In this document: positions 23,248 through 33,376 of the stretch, piece after piece | Layout: each line of letters starts with the position of its first letter | Position numbering within the stretch: the stretch's first letter is position 1 | Source: Candidatus Latescibacterota bacterium | Lineage (GTDB): Bacteria; Latescibacterota; UBA2968 | Direction of reading: 5' to 3' | DNA length: 64,000 bases | Assembly: GCA_965208125.1 (NCBI GenBank) | Contig: OZ242320.1 | Coordinates: 4,160,001-4,224,000 of the forward strand | Made by a program: the position numbers and the translations under genes | The notes under the pieces: generated by a model | The model's database searches: none | Told to the model about the DNA's origin: nothing | What the model saw: only the letters and a program-made list of their open reading frames with translations

Positions 23248-24162
23248 ATGAAGATCCAGGACATCCGGCACGTGGGGTTGCTGTCACCGGCGGTCGCGAC
23301 CCATGCCAGATTCTACCTCGAGGTGTGGGGACTCCGATCGGCCGGAGAAGACCGGCACGCACGATATCTCTGCGGAGCGTTGACCGAGCACCACATTCTC
23401 AGCCTGCATCCGGCCGACCGGTGCGGGCTCCACCACTTAGCTTTCAGCGTTGACGGACGCGCCGCAGTTGACGTAGCGGCAACCGAACTCGAACGGCGGG
23501 GAGCTACCCTCGTGGCGTATCCGGCCGACCTGGACGAACCCGGCGGCGGATACGGGTTTCGGTTTCTCGACCCCGAAAACCGCTGCATCGAGCTATCGAC
23601 CGGCGTGGTCGAACACCCGAACGGATGGTCTGCCAGGAAAGTCGGCCCCCGCCGGCTATGCCATGTGGGTCTCAACACTCGGTGGTTCGAGCAAACCGTG
23701 GCGTTCTACACCGAAATTCTCGGGTTTCGGGTCTCGGACTGGATTGAGAACCAGATGGTCTTCCTGCGATGCGACCGGAGACATCACGTCATTGTCTTCA
23801 ATCGTGCAGATTACGCATCGGTCAACCATGTTGCGTACGTGATGGCGAACGTAGATGACGTGATGAAAGGGGTCTCCAACCTGCGTGCCCGAGGGCAGGA
23901 ACCCGACTGGGGACCGGGACGCCACGGCCCGGGCAACAACATCTTCTGCTACTACAAGGATCCGGCTGGATACGTGAACGAATTCTCCAGCGACATAGAC
24001 TATATCGAAGACGACACAACGCACAAACCCGCGGTGTGGAGACGGGTGCCGGAAACTACGGACCTCTGGGGTACGGCAGGGCCGCCCAGTCCCGACGTTA
24101 GGAAGGCGATGGCCGGCGACCCTGATCCAGGCTGGGCTGTGAAGGACATCAACGCGGATTGA
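23248..24162 (+). CDS. VOC-family extradiol dioxygenase-like protein (alternative start 23197)
   Basis: Two glyoxalase-like repeats; LCHVGL, NHVAY, WGPGRHGPGNNIFCYYKDPAGYVNEF. Confidence 0.88.
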   Translation: MKIQDIRHVGLLSPAVATHARFYLEVWGLRSAGEDRHARYLCGALTEHHILSLHPADRCGLHHLAFSVDGRAAVDVAATELERRGATLVAYPADLDEPGGGYGFRFLDPENRCIELSTGVVEHPNGWSARKVGPRRLCHVGLNTRWFEQTVAFYTEILGFRVSDWIENQMVFLRCDRRHHVIVFNRADYASVNHVAYVMANVDDVMKGVSNLRARGQEPDWGPGRHGPGNNIFCYYKDPAGYVNEFSSDIDYIEDDTTHKPAVWRRVPETTDLWGTAGPPSPDVRKAMAGDPDPGWAVKDINAD

Positions 24163-24181
24163 TAGGGAAATCGCCGCAGTG

Positions 24182-24222
24182 TTTAGGGGGAGGACACCAG
24201 CATTCGGTGTCCTCCCCCTAAA
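24182..24222. terminator. Perfect 17-bp stem-loop
   Basis: tttagggggaggacacc-agcattc-ggtgtcctccccctaaa, directly after the VOC gene. Confidence 0.75.
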
Positions 24223-24247
24223 TTATTAACCGGATGGGAGTGATGCG

Positions 24248-25315
24248 ATGAGTGAACAACAACTTTTTCAGGAACGAGTAGTCAAGGTCGAGCGACCAGA
24301 GCACCACTTTGTGCTTCTGATCGCGACCGACGGCGCTATGCTTGGATTGGAGGATGGGGGTGATCTCGCCTTGTTTGATGAGGCGGATGACCGCGTGATC
24401 TGGGACCGCACGGCGGATGGCGTGAGGCCTGTGGCGTCAGGGAAGAAACTCGCTGTAGAAATCGATGACACAACCTGCGTGTTGTCGGTTGGCGAGGAGG
24501 AGATGACATTCACCGTCAGCCATGGCCCGGAGAAGCTGCCGTCTGAATATCTCGAGCATCTGCAACGCGAAGGCTGGGTGTGCCTGACCTGTATTCTGCC
24601 ACCAGAAGTCGTGGAGGATCTGGAGCGCGTCGCCGGTACAGATCGTTACGAACATTTGGAGGCGAACAACGAGATACCCAAGGTCTGTCAGAGTGTCGCT
24701 GTTGGCAGGGCGATCACGGAGCCCGTCTCCATCTGGCTGGCCAGGCAGTATATGCAGGCCCGGGACTTACATCTGGGGCATCCGCCGGGCTTTAGAGTGC
24801 TGGACCCGGACGATGGCAAAAGCAAACTTGGTGGTTGGCATTCTGATTTTCCCTATACGGCGTCAACCGGTGGGGACGAGATTGCCTACCGCAAAGAACC
24901 TGTCAAGGCCATGCAGCGCAATGTTTGTGTTTCTGACTTCACTAAGATTCGCGGTGCGACAGCATTCAAACTTGGCTCGCATCTGTCAGACACACCGCCA
25001 CCGCCTGAGTGGAACAATACGCAAGAGGGGCGTGTGCCCTATAGCGGTCCTGAAGCGGATGTGGTGGAAGCGCCCGGCGGTAGCGTCATTCTCTACGATG
25101 CCAGAATGTGGCATCGGGCGGGTATCAACCGCAGCCAGCAGAAAAGAGCCGCAATGCTGCAATCGTTCCAGGTGCCGGGTGTGATGCCCAAGACGGATAC
25201 CCGAAACGCCTATAAGCTCCTCGTGGAGAGTCCTGTTTATAACGAACTGAATGCGAGGGAAAAGCGGGAAATAACGGATCTTTTAACCAATCAGCCAGCA
25301 ATCGCTGGCTCATAA
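24248..25315 (+). CDS. PhyH-family dioxygenase with an extra N-terminal beta-rich domain
   Basis: GGWHSD, FKLGSH, WHRAG.N..R; about 95-aa N-terminal extension shared with 53106-54290. Confidence 0.8.
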   Translation: MSEQQLFQERVVKVERPEHHFVLLIATDGAMLGLEDGGDLALFDEADDRVIWDRTADGVRPVASGKKLAVEIDDTTCVLSVGEEEMTFTVSHGPEKLPSEYLEHLQREGWVCLTCILPPEVVEDLERVAGTDRYEHLEANNEIPKVCQSVAVGRAITEPVSIWLARQYMQARDLHLGHPPGFRVLDPDDGKSKLGGWHSDFPYTASTGGDEIAYRKEPVKAMQRNVCVSDFTKIRGATAFKLGSHLSDTPPPPEWNNTQEGRVPYSGPEADVVEAPGGSVILYDARMWHRAGINRSQQKRAAMLQSFQVPGVMPKTDTRNAYKLLVESPVYNELNAREKREITDLLTNQPAIAGS

Positions 25316-25329
25316 CCTGAGGACACATT

Positions 25330-26163
25330 ATGCAAGTAGGAATTATGTCAGGTCAAATTGCTCGGCCGACCCTGGAGGAAACACTCGACGCCATACTTGG
25401 GCACGACATCAGGCATCTTCAATTCAATTTGGGATCCCTGAATGTGGAGGGTTCGCTATCTGATAAACTCGCAAAGGCACCTGTGGTTCGGGTGGAGATC
25501 GAAAAGCGCGGCATGGTCATCGCTGCCCTGGCTGGCACGGTCAATATGGTTCATCCCGATGAAGAAAAACGCCAGGAAGCTATCGAGCATCTCAAATTGC
25601 TTATTCCGGCGTGTGCCCCGATGGGTACCTCGGTGATTGCCACCTGTACCGGATCGCGCGATTCAGAGAGCATGTGGCGCTGGCACCCGGATAACGATAC
25701 AGAAGAAGCCTGGCAGGTGCTACGCAATACCCTGGAACAGGTACTGCCGGTTGCCGAAGCAGCTGGCGTGATCCTTGCGTTTGAACCAGAGATAAACAAC
25801 GTTGCCAGCACAGTGCATAAGAGTCGGCAACTGATTGATGAAATGGATTCACCAAACCTGAAAGTCGTGATGGATGCCGCCAACATTTTTGGCAAAGATG
25901 ACCTGTCTCGCATGAGAGAGGTATTAGACGAGGCTTTCGAGCTTTTGGGCGACCACATTGCCATGGCCCATGGCAAAGATCTGGATCGCGGTGGTGATGC
26001 CGGACATCTCGCCGCTGGTACCGGCAAGCTCGATTACGCCCATTATGTGTCGTTGCTCTGTGGACTTCCCTTTGACGTGTCGGTCATTCTGCACGGCCTT
26101 TCCGAAGATCAGGTGGATGCCAGTGTCGCCATGCTCCGGCGTCACGCTGAAGCACATCAGTAA
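25330..26163 (+). CDS. Sugar phosphate isomerase/epimerase (xylose-isomerase-like TIM barrel)
   Basis: LAFEPE, MDAAN, AHGKD, AGTGKLDY. Confidence 0.88.
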   Translation: MQVGIMSGQIARPTLEETLDAILGHDIRHLQFNLGSLNVEGSLSDKLAKAPVVRVEIEKRGMVIAALAGTVNMVHPDEEKRQEAIEHLKLLIPACAPMGTSVIATCTGSRDSESMWRWHPDNDTEEAWQVLRNTLEQVLPVAEAAGVILAFEPEINNVASTVHKSRQLIDEMDSPNLKVVMDAANIFGKDDLSRMREVLDEAFELLGDHIAMAHGKDLDRGGDAGHLAAGTGKLDYAHYVSLLCGLPFDVSVILHGLSEDQVDASVAMLRRHAEAHQ

Positions 26164-26175
26164 GGGATTAACGAT

Positions 26176-27378
26176 ATGAAAGCTAAAGTCGCCATTCTGG
26201 GTTGTGGAAGGGCGTCACAAAAATGGCACCTGCCGACAATGCACACGCTCGCCAAACACGGCGAACTCGATTTTGTTGCGCTCTGCGATATGGATAAGTC
26301 GTTAGCGAAACAGACCGGAGAAATCTACGGTGTTCCGTGGTACACCAGTGTCGAGGAGATGCTGGAAAAACACCCGGACATCATGGCCGTAGATGTCATC
26401 ACCAGCGACCCAACACACCATGTGCTTGGCAGGCTGATCGCAGAGCACGGCAAACACGTCATGGTGGAAAAGCCGATGGCGCTGACCTTGCCCTGTTGCG
26501 ACATTATCATCGATGCCTGCCGCCGTAACGGCGTGCATTTTGAGGTGGCGGAAAATTATTTTCGTATGCCAAAGCAACGGATGATTATCAAGCTCATCGA
26601 AGAGGGGATTCTGGGCGATATCATTCGCGTGTATTTCGTTGAGCCCAAGCGGCAGGATCCGTTTGAGACTACTGTTACTCACAGCGGTTTGGGCCGGCCT
26701 ATCTCTGGGTTTGGGCGCACTTCTGGCATGTGCATGGATATGGGGGCACACCGATTGTCACAGTTGCGTTTGTACGCGCAAAGCGAGCCTCAGCAGATTA
26801 CCGCGACGGTGAGAAAGTACCGGTCGGATCCCATGAGTATCCATGAAGACTGGGCGCATGCTATGATTGATTTTGAAAGCGGCGCAGTGGGTATTTATGA
26901 GACATCGCGCCTTGGTGAGGCACAGAAATACTGCCAGATTATCGGCACTCTTGGCGGTATTCTCGATACCGACTATTTCGGCCCGGAGATCCCCCTGCGT
27001 TTGCGCATCGGCGAAGAGATGCAGGACATTCCTGTCGAGACAGTACGGCGCAAAATCGACGGGGTGGATGTATTGCAGCGGATCGTCGTGCATACGGATC
27101 CCGAGATCGTCTATGAGAATCCGTTTCGGGACTATGCCATCGACGACTGGTGTGTCGGTCACGCTTCCGAGATTATGAGCATCGCGAATGCAGCGCTCAA
27201 CGACGAGCCTCCCGAATATGGTCTCGGCGGTCGCAAAGATGTTGAAATGGCCATGGCGATTTACGAATCATCCCTCAATGGCATGGCTCCGGTTAAGTTG
27301 CCCCTTGAGGACGTGACCTCCTACGAGCAGATGGTACACGAGGATTATCGCGAAAAGTTTGGCCGTCCCATTTTATGA
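26176..27378 (+). CDS. Gfo/Idh/MocA oxidoreductase
   Basis: LGCGRAS, HVMVEKPMA, DMGAH. Confidence 0.9.
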   Translation: MKAKVAILGCGRASQKWHLPTMHTLAKHGELDFVALCDMDKSLAKQTGEIYGVPWYTSVEEMLEKHPDIMAVDVITSDPTHHVLGRLIAEHGKHVMVEKPMALTLPCCDIIIDACRRNGVHFEVAENYFRMPKQRMIIKLIEEGILGDIIRVYFVEPKRQDPFETTVTHSGLGRPISGFGRTSGMCMDMGAHRLSQLRLYAQSEPQQITATVRKYRSDPMSIHEDWAHAMIDFESGAVGIYETSRLGEAQKYCQIIGTLGGILDTDYFGPEIPLRLRIGEEMQDIPVETVRRKIDGVDVLQRIVVHTDPEIVYENPFRDYAIDDWCVGHASEIMSIANAALNDEPPEYGLGGRKDVEMAMAIYESSLNGMAPVKLPLEDVTSYEQMVHEDYREKFGRPIL

Positions 27379-27431
27379 GACAACTTTTAGAAAAACCAGG
27401 AGAGGGAAACAAACATGCAGGAAGGCAATAG
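27375..27431 (+). other. Bridging mini-ORF MRQLLEKPGEGNKHAGRQ*
   Basis: ATGA overlap with the upstream stop; ends inside the fucosidase start region. The N-terminus resembles Zn-dependent dehydrogenase starts. Confidence 0.4.
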
Positions 27432-29139
27432 GCAGGAAATGGACGCGCTTTGGGGCGAAGATGTCATTGCACTGCGCGCTGAAAATGCAGAACGGGGGCA
27501 ACTCTTTAATGATGGCAATTACGCGATGTTTATCCACTGGGGTCCATATGCTCAACTTGCCAACAAAGTCGATGGCAAAACGTATTACGGCATTGGCGAA
27601 TGGATCATGAACCCGCGCATGGCCGATATTCCGGTCGAGGAATATATGGAAATGGCGAAAACCTTTAATCCCGTCAATTTTGATGCAACAGAAATAGCAC
27701 AACTGGCCAAAGACGCGGGCATGAAATACATTATTATCACCAGCAAGCACCACGATGGTTTTGCCATGTATCGCTCAGCTTGCAACGACTTTAATATTGG
27801 TGCAGTTACCCAGTTTAATCGCGACCCCATGAAAGAACTCGCCGGGGCCTGCAAAAAACTCGGTCTCGGATTTGGATTTTACTACTCTCATAATCAGGAC
27901 TGGACTTTTCCAGGTGGTGCAAACGGCCCAGACACAGATGCCGATGGCAACCCGGCCACCTTCGACGATTATTTTGTCAAAAAATGCCTGCCACAGGTCG
28001 AAGAAATCACCAGCCAGTACGGCCCCATCGAACTCATCTGGTTTGACACTCCCGGACAGATGCCCAAAAAGTACATTGAGCAACTCATCGAAGTCGTGCG
28101 AAAAAATCAACCCAATGCGCTCGTTTCAGGCCGCGCCGGGCACGGGCTGGGCGACTACAAGACGCTGGGTGATATGGATGTGCCATCCACCAATGTTGAA
28201 GGTATGTGGGAAAGTGTCGATACCACCAACGACTCCTGGGCTTTTGCCTGGTACGATGAGTACTGGAAAACACCCCGAGAAATTCTTCGCCGCCTGATCT
28301 CCTGTGTTGCCAGAGGTGGCACTTACATGCTCAACATAGGTCCCCGCGGTGACGGTTCAATACCCGAAAGAGCTGCCCGCACTTTACGTGCTGCTGGCGA
28401 GTGGATCAAGCGCTATCCCCAGGTCGTCTATGGCACCGATGCATCACCCTGGCAACAGGCCCTGCCCTGGGGAGATGTGACGGTAAAAGACAATACGCTC
28501 TTTCTCAGCATTTTCAACTGGCCTGCCTCTGGTACACTTTATCTGCCAGGCCTCAAAACAGAAATCGAATCTGCATCCCTCCTCGGTGGCGATCAATCTA
28601 TACCTTTTGAGAAAAAACACGGCTGGACCTGCTTTGAGCTATCGCCACAGGCACCCGAAAACCTGGTTTCCGTCCTTGAAGTCAAACTCAAAGGCACGCC
28701 GAAAGCCGATTCGACCTGGGCAATTGATCCCGAAATAGAGACCGAAATTTTTTCAGAAGCTGCGGCCGTTGAAAATGCCACATTGGCAAATCAACGCTGG
28801 ATGGAAAAATTTGGAGAATGGAAACACGTCAGCCGTATCTACAAATGGACGCCTGAAGGCAAAGCGACCTGGACGGTCAACGTTCTTGCGCCTGGAGACT
28901 ACATCGTGGATCTCACCTATTCAGGTGAAGGGCGTCTCGTCTGGGGGGTTACTATTGAAAATGGTGAACACATTCAAAATCAGCAAAATTCGTCGCATAA
29001 CTACCAGCGTTTTCCCATCGGCTGGATTAACTTTTCCGGGCCGGGTACTTACAAAATCAGCGTTTCCTGTCTCGAAGGCGATTTGAGCAAAGCCAGTCTA
29101 AAATCGATTCACTTCACGCCTGTTCACGATATTTGCTAA
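27415..29139 (+). CDS. Alpha-L-fucosidase (GH29) with C-terminal beta-sandwich
   Basis: MFIHWG, TSKHHDGF, GFYYS, IWFD (nucleophile), LNIGPRGDG. Confidence 0.93.
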   Translation: MQEGNRQEMDALWGEDVIALRAENAERGQLFNDGNYAMFIHWGPYAQLANKVDGKTYYGIGEWIMNPRMADIPVEEYMEMAKTFNPVNFDATEIAQLAKDAGMKYIIITSKHHDGFAMYRSACNDFNIGAVTQFNRDPMKELAGACKKLGLGFGFYYSHNQDWTFPGGANGPDTDADGNPATFDDYFVKKCLPQVEEITSQYGPIELIWFDTPGQMPKKYIEQLIEVVRKNQPNALVSGRAGHGLGDYKTLGDMDVPSTNVEGMWESVDTTNDSWAFAWYDEYWKTPREILRRLISCVARGGTYMLNIGPRGDGSIPERAARTLRAAGEWIKRYPQVVYGTDASPWQQALPWGDVTVKDNTLFLSIFNWPASGTLYLPGLKTEIESASLLGGDQSIPFEKKHGWTCFELSPQAPENLVSVLEVKLKGTPKADSTWAIDPEIETEIFSEAAAVENATLANQRWMEKFGEWKHVSRIYKWTPEGKATWTVNVLAPGDYIVDLTYSGEGRLVWGVTIENGEHIQNQQNSSHNYQRFPIGWINFSGPGTYKISVSCLEGDLSKASLKSIHFTPVHDIC

Positions 29140-29159
29140 ATCCATTGCAGGAGATACAG

Positions 29160-30623
29160 ATGACACAGGACTTCACAGAACAAAACAGATCTTTAACGCT
29201 CGGCAAAGGTGTCAATACCGATTTTACCACAACCGAAGTAAACAAAGTCTCCTATGATAAAGGCTTTTATATTGCGTTCAAAGCAGCCGGATTTGATTCC
29301 GTCCGTTTCTTTATTAAACAGGGCTGGAATCCGGCGTTCTATAAACCGGCAGTTGACGATGCGTTGGAACTCGGCTTAAAAGTCGTCCTTGTTCCTTTTT
29401 CGATGTATTGTTGGGGAAAAGAAAGCCTTGTACAGTGGTGGGGTGAAGTTGCGGAATATTATAGAGACTATCCTGCTGAGTTGATTTTTGAAGCGTTTAA
29501 CGAACCCAAAATGGCAGGACACCCCGACGGGAAAGAAGCTGAAACCATGGCATGGTATTCAGCGTGTATCCAGGAAATTCGCAGATCAAATCCAACGAGA
29601 TTGATAGCCGTTGGTGGGCCGCATTTTAATGGTGTGCAGCTACTCACGAAATATGTAACACCGGAGTATCTTTCATATACGCTCCAGGACGGAACCGGTT
29701 TTGCCGATGACCCCAATATTTGGGGTGTTTTTCATTGTTATCACCCCAAACCTTTTACCCACGGTGCAATAGACCAGGATATCAACAAAGATCATCCAGG
29801 CTGGCGAGAAACCATCCTTGCAGATTTGGAAGAAGCAGACGCGTGGTCAAAAAAACATAACAAAAAGGTCTATCTCAGTGAATGGGGCGCACGTCTTAAT
29901 CATGAAATAAAGCATGTTGAAGAATACACGGGCTTTATGGTACCTGAGCTTGCCAAAAGAAATATTGAATGGTCGTATTACTGTGGTGTATTCAATAATG
30001 CCTGGCCCTACGGACTGTATAATTCAGAATGGGGATTTGCAGGTGTCGAAGGTGTGGTAAAAAACCTGACCGGAAAAGAACCGCCGGCAGAAGTCCCGCC
30101 TACCAATCAGATCGTCAATACGGACTTTCAGCTCGATTTGGCAGACTGGAATTCATCCGAATATGCCATTATGGGGACTGCTGACGAACAAGGTGTAGAT
30201 GGAACACGGGCCATCAGAGTGCATGTGCCTTTTACCTTTGACCCCGACGTGGGGCGCGGGGTGATACCATCGCTCTATCAGCAATACGAGCCGGACTGGA
30301 AGTTTCGCGTAAGGGGAAAGGTGCAGGCAAATAAGTACACCATACAGCTCCGGGAAGGCAGCATATATCGGATCTCGTTTTACGCGAGATGCGAAGTCGG
30401 TACCGCGCGGTTGCACATTCAGCTTGGTCACGCCCCCGAAAATGACCCCGTCATCTGGACCTCTGAAGAAATAACTGTAGATAGCAAACTGAAAAAATAC
30501 GAACTCGAGTACGAACATGCCGTCCAATCGATCAGAAACGTCCGCTTCTCTTTTATCTTCATCGACCGTCATTCAGAGATCGTTCTCGACCAGATTGAAC
30601 TGCGCGGCCGAAGACCTGAATAA
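29160..30623 (+). CDS. GH5 glycoside hydrolase with C-terminal CBM4_9-like domain
   Basis: AGFDSVRF, FNEP (acid/base), FHCY, LSEWG (nucleophile); start moved to ATG 29160 after CAGGAG. Confidence 0.85.
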   Translation: MTQDFTEQNRSLTLGKGVNTDFTTTEVNKVSYDKGFYIAFKAAGFDSVRFFIKQGWNPAFYKPAVDDALELGLKVVLVPFSMYCWGKESLVQWWGEVAEYYRDYPAELIFEAFNEPKMAGHPDGKEAETMAWYSACIQEIRRSNPTRLIAVGGPHFNGVQLLTKYVTPEYLSYTLQDGTGFADDPNIWGVFHCYHPKPFTHGAIDQDINKDHPGWRETILADLEEADAWSKKHNKKVYLSEWGARLNHEIKHVEEYTGFMVPELAKRNIEWSYYCGVFNNAWPYGLYNSEWGFAGVEGVVKNLTGKEPPAEVPPTNQIVNTDFQLDLADWNSSEYAIMGTADEQGVDGTRAIRVHVPFTFDPDVGRGVIPSLYQQYEPDWKFRVRGKVQANKYTIQLREGSIYRISFYARCEVGTARLHIQLGHAPENDPVIWTSEEITVDSKLKKYELEYEHAVQSIRNVRFSFIFIDRHSEIVLDQIELRGRRPE

Positions 30624-30641
30624 GCAGAGGAGGCGGTCTTT

Positions 30642-32069
30642 ATGTCAGCTTTAGAAAAAACCAATATCGTTTTTATTCTCGCCGATGACATGGCTGTTTG
30701 GGCGGCGGGTTGTTATGGCAATGCAGAAATTCGAACGCCAAACCTCGACCGCATGGCGGCAACAGGCGTGCGGTTTGAGAATTTCTTTGTGACGATTCCG
30801 GTGTGTTCGGCCAGCAGGGCTTCTTTTTTGACCGGGCGGATTCCGTCTCAGCACGGCGTTCACGATTTTATTGCGGGTCAAGTCAATTTTGGGCCTACAG
30901 GACAGAGTTTTCTCGATGGTGAAGTTTGTTACACAAATGTTTTGGCTAACAATGGGTGGGCATGTGGTCTGTCGGGCAAATGGCATTTGGGCAATTCGTC
31001 TCTTCCGCAATGTGGATTTTCTCACTGGTTTGCGCATCCGGGTGGGGCGGGCGTTTATAATGATCAGGAAATGATACGCGATGGTGTGACAGAGGTTGTG
31101 CCCGGTTATGTGACGCATGTGATTACGGATGATGCGCTTGAATATATCGATGCTCACGCAGAAGATGAAAATCCATTTTATCTGAGTGTTCATTATACTG
31201 CGCCACACGCGCCGTGGATCGGTCATCCTCAGGATATTGTGGATTCTTATGATGACTGTGCGTTTGAGACGTGCCCACAGGAACCACTCCATCCCTGGGC
31301 AAAGGTGCCTGAGGATGATGCAGATCTGCCAGCCCGATCAATGAGAGGGCTGAGCAATAACATGGGGCAGCGCGAAAGTTTGAAAGGATATTTTGCGGCG
31401 GTGACTGCGATGGATCTGGATGTGGGGCGGATTTTGGACAAGCTGGAAGAAAAGGGTTTGCGCGAAAATACGCTTGTGATGTTTACTTCTGACAATGGGT
31501 ATTCGTGCGGGCAACATGGATTTTGGGGTAAAGGCAATGGAACTGATCCGGTGAATATGTATGAGAATTCGATTGTGGTGCCTTTTCTGGCTACGCACCC
31601 AGGTGTGATTCCAGAAGGCACGGTGCAATCGGCGCTGGCTTCGGCTTATGATATTTTGCCTACGCTTTTGGACTATGTTGATCTTCCGATTCCCGATACG
31701 AATTTGCCAGGACAATCGCTGGTCCCAGTGTTGAAAAATGAGTGTGCAAAAGGTCGTGACAGTGTTGTCATTTACGATGAGTATGGTTATTGCAGGATGA
31801 TTCGGACCGCCGAGTGGAAATACATCCATCGTTATCCAGATGGACCAAATGAGCTTTACGATGTTGTGAATGACCCCGATGATCGCAACAATTTAATTGA
31901 TGACCCGGCACAGGCTGATCGCGTGAAAGATCTCAAAGGAGAGATGGAAACGTGGTTTAAGAAATACGCGATTCCAGATGTCGATGGTCGCATATACAAT
32001 GTGAAGGGTTCTGGCCAGTTGCGGCCTGTGGGTAGAAAATGGGAAGATGGAAAAGAACCTTTTGCATAG
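30642..32069 (+). CDS. Sulfatase (CxAxR variant)
   Basis: NIVFILADD, CSASRASFLTGR, GKWHLG, SDNG. Confidence 0.92.
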   Translation: MSALEKTNIVFILADDMAVWAAGCYGNAEIRTPNLDRMAATGVRFENFFVTIPVCSASRASFLTGRIPSQHGVHDFIAGQVNFGPTGQSFLDGEVCYTNVLANNGWACGLSGKWHLGNSSLPQCGFSHWFAHPGGAGVYNDQEMIRDGVTEVVPGYVTHVITDDALEYIDAHAEDENPFYLSVHYTAPHAPWIGHPQDIVDSYDDCAFETCPQEPLHPWAKVPEDDADLPARSMRGLSNNMGQRESLKGYFAAVTAMDLDVGRILDKLEEKGLRENTLVMFTSDNGYSCGQHGFWGKGNGTDPVNMYENSIVVPFLATHPGVIPEGTVQSALASAYDILPTLLDYVDLPIPDTNLPGQSLVPVLKNECAKGRDSVVIYDEYGYCRMIRTAEWKYIHRYPDGPNELYDVVNDPDDRNNLIDDPAQADRVKDLKGEMETWFKKYAIPDVDGRIYNVKGSGQLRPVGRKWEDGKEPFA

Positions 32070-32094
32070 GCTGTAGTCAGGATACCAGTGAGAA

Positions 32095-33321
32095 ATGAGT
32101 GAGATTGAGTTCAGGCGAGCGATGGTGGGGGATGCGGAGGAGGTCCTTCGCGTAATGGCGCAGGCGTTTGGGAGGGTGCCGGGATCGGAGAAGTATGAGC
32201 GCGACAAGGAGAGAATTACGAGGGAGACTGACGCGCATTGGGTGCTTGTGCGAGAGGGGGAGATCGTCGGGGCGGCGCATGTTCGGCGGGAGGAGATTCA
32301 GGTGGGGCAGGCGGTCGTGGCCAAGGCGGATGTCGGGGAGGTGTGTATTGTGCCGAGTTGTCAGGGGGTGGGGCTTGGGACGGCGTTGATGAGGATGGTG
32401 GTGGAGCAGTTGAGGGTGGACGGATATCCCCTGTCGCGGTTGGGCGGGTATCGGCGGTTCTACGAGCGGTTCGGGTGGGTGCCGTTTCCGCGGGGCTACA
32501 TCGACTTCGCGCTGCGGGGATTGACGTCGCGGGGCGGGTTCACCGACCCGGTGAGCTATCTGGATCGGCCGGAGGAGGATGCGCGGATTCGGGCGTACGA
32601 CGGACGTCGGGATGCGGCAGCGTGCGAGGCACTTTACGCGGCGTTCAACACGGGGCGGACGGGGGCTGAGCCAGCGCGGTCGTTTGGGGAAGGTGCCGGG
32701 AACCCGTGGCGGGTGGTATATGAGGTGGGTGGAGCGGTCCGGGCCTATGTTTTCGCGTCAGAGAATGCGCCGCCTCATACGCGGTTTTCGTCGGCGGTGT
32801 CGATCTCCGACGGGGCGTGCGATCCGGGTGATACGCGACCGCTTGGCGCAACGCTTCGATACGTTCTGCGTCAGGCGGCGATCGCGGGGGCGGAATCGGT
32901 CAGGGCGCGGCTACCGCTGGACCCGTCGCTCTACGATCTGTATCGGGATTCGAGCTGCGGGTTCGTGCCGTCGCTCTGGCAGTCGTCGGAAGGCGGGAAT
33001 ATGCTACAGGTGCTGAGTCTGAGGGGGCTGCTTGAGGCGATTGCGGCAGAACTGACGGAGCGGCTGCGGACGGCGGAACAGGCGACGGGCGAGGTCGGTC
33101 TTCGCGTGCGGGGGGAGACGGTTGGATTGGCGTGGGATGGGGCGCGGTTGACGGTGGAAGAAGGGAAAGGGGATTGGGTGGAACTCGGGCAGGATGGGGT
33201 GATGAAGATGGTGCTGGGGTTGGTGCCGGTGGAGCAGGTCGTGGTAGGAGAGAGGGAGGATGTGGCTATGCTGAGGGCGGCGTTTCCGGTACAGGGGACT
33301 GCGACGGGAGTTTGGGGGTAA
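32095..33321 (+). CDS. Eis-like GNAT acetyltransferase (tandem GNAT plus SCP2-like)
   Basis: VCIVPSCQGVGLGTALM (AcCoA motif A), FYERFGW; length and C-terminus are Eis-like. Confidence 0.8.
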   Translation: MSEIEFRRAMVGDAEEVLRVMAQAFGRVPGSEKYERDKERITRETDAHWVLVREGEIVGAAHVRREEIQVGQAVVAKADVGEVCIVPSCQGVGLGTALMRMVVEQLRVDGYPLSRLGGYRRFYERFGWVPFPRGYIDFALRGLTSRGGFTDPVSYLDRPEEDARIRAYDGRRDAAACEALYAAFNTGRTGAEPARSFGEGAGNPWRVVYEVGGAVRAYVFASENAPPHTRFSSAVSISDGACDPGDTRPLGATLRYVLRQAAIAGAESVRARLPLDPSLYDLYRDSSCGFVPSLWQSSEGGNMLQVLSLRGLLEAIAAELTERLRTAEQATGEVGLRVRGETVGLAWDGARLTVEEGKGDWVELGQDGVMKMVLGLVPVEQVVVGEREDVAMLRAAFPVQGTATGVWG

Positions 33322-33376
33322 ATCCGATACAGGGAAAGCGCCCCAGATACACAACATCACTAAACGGGAGATCATC

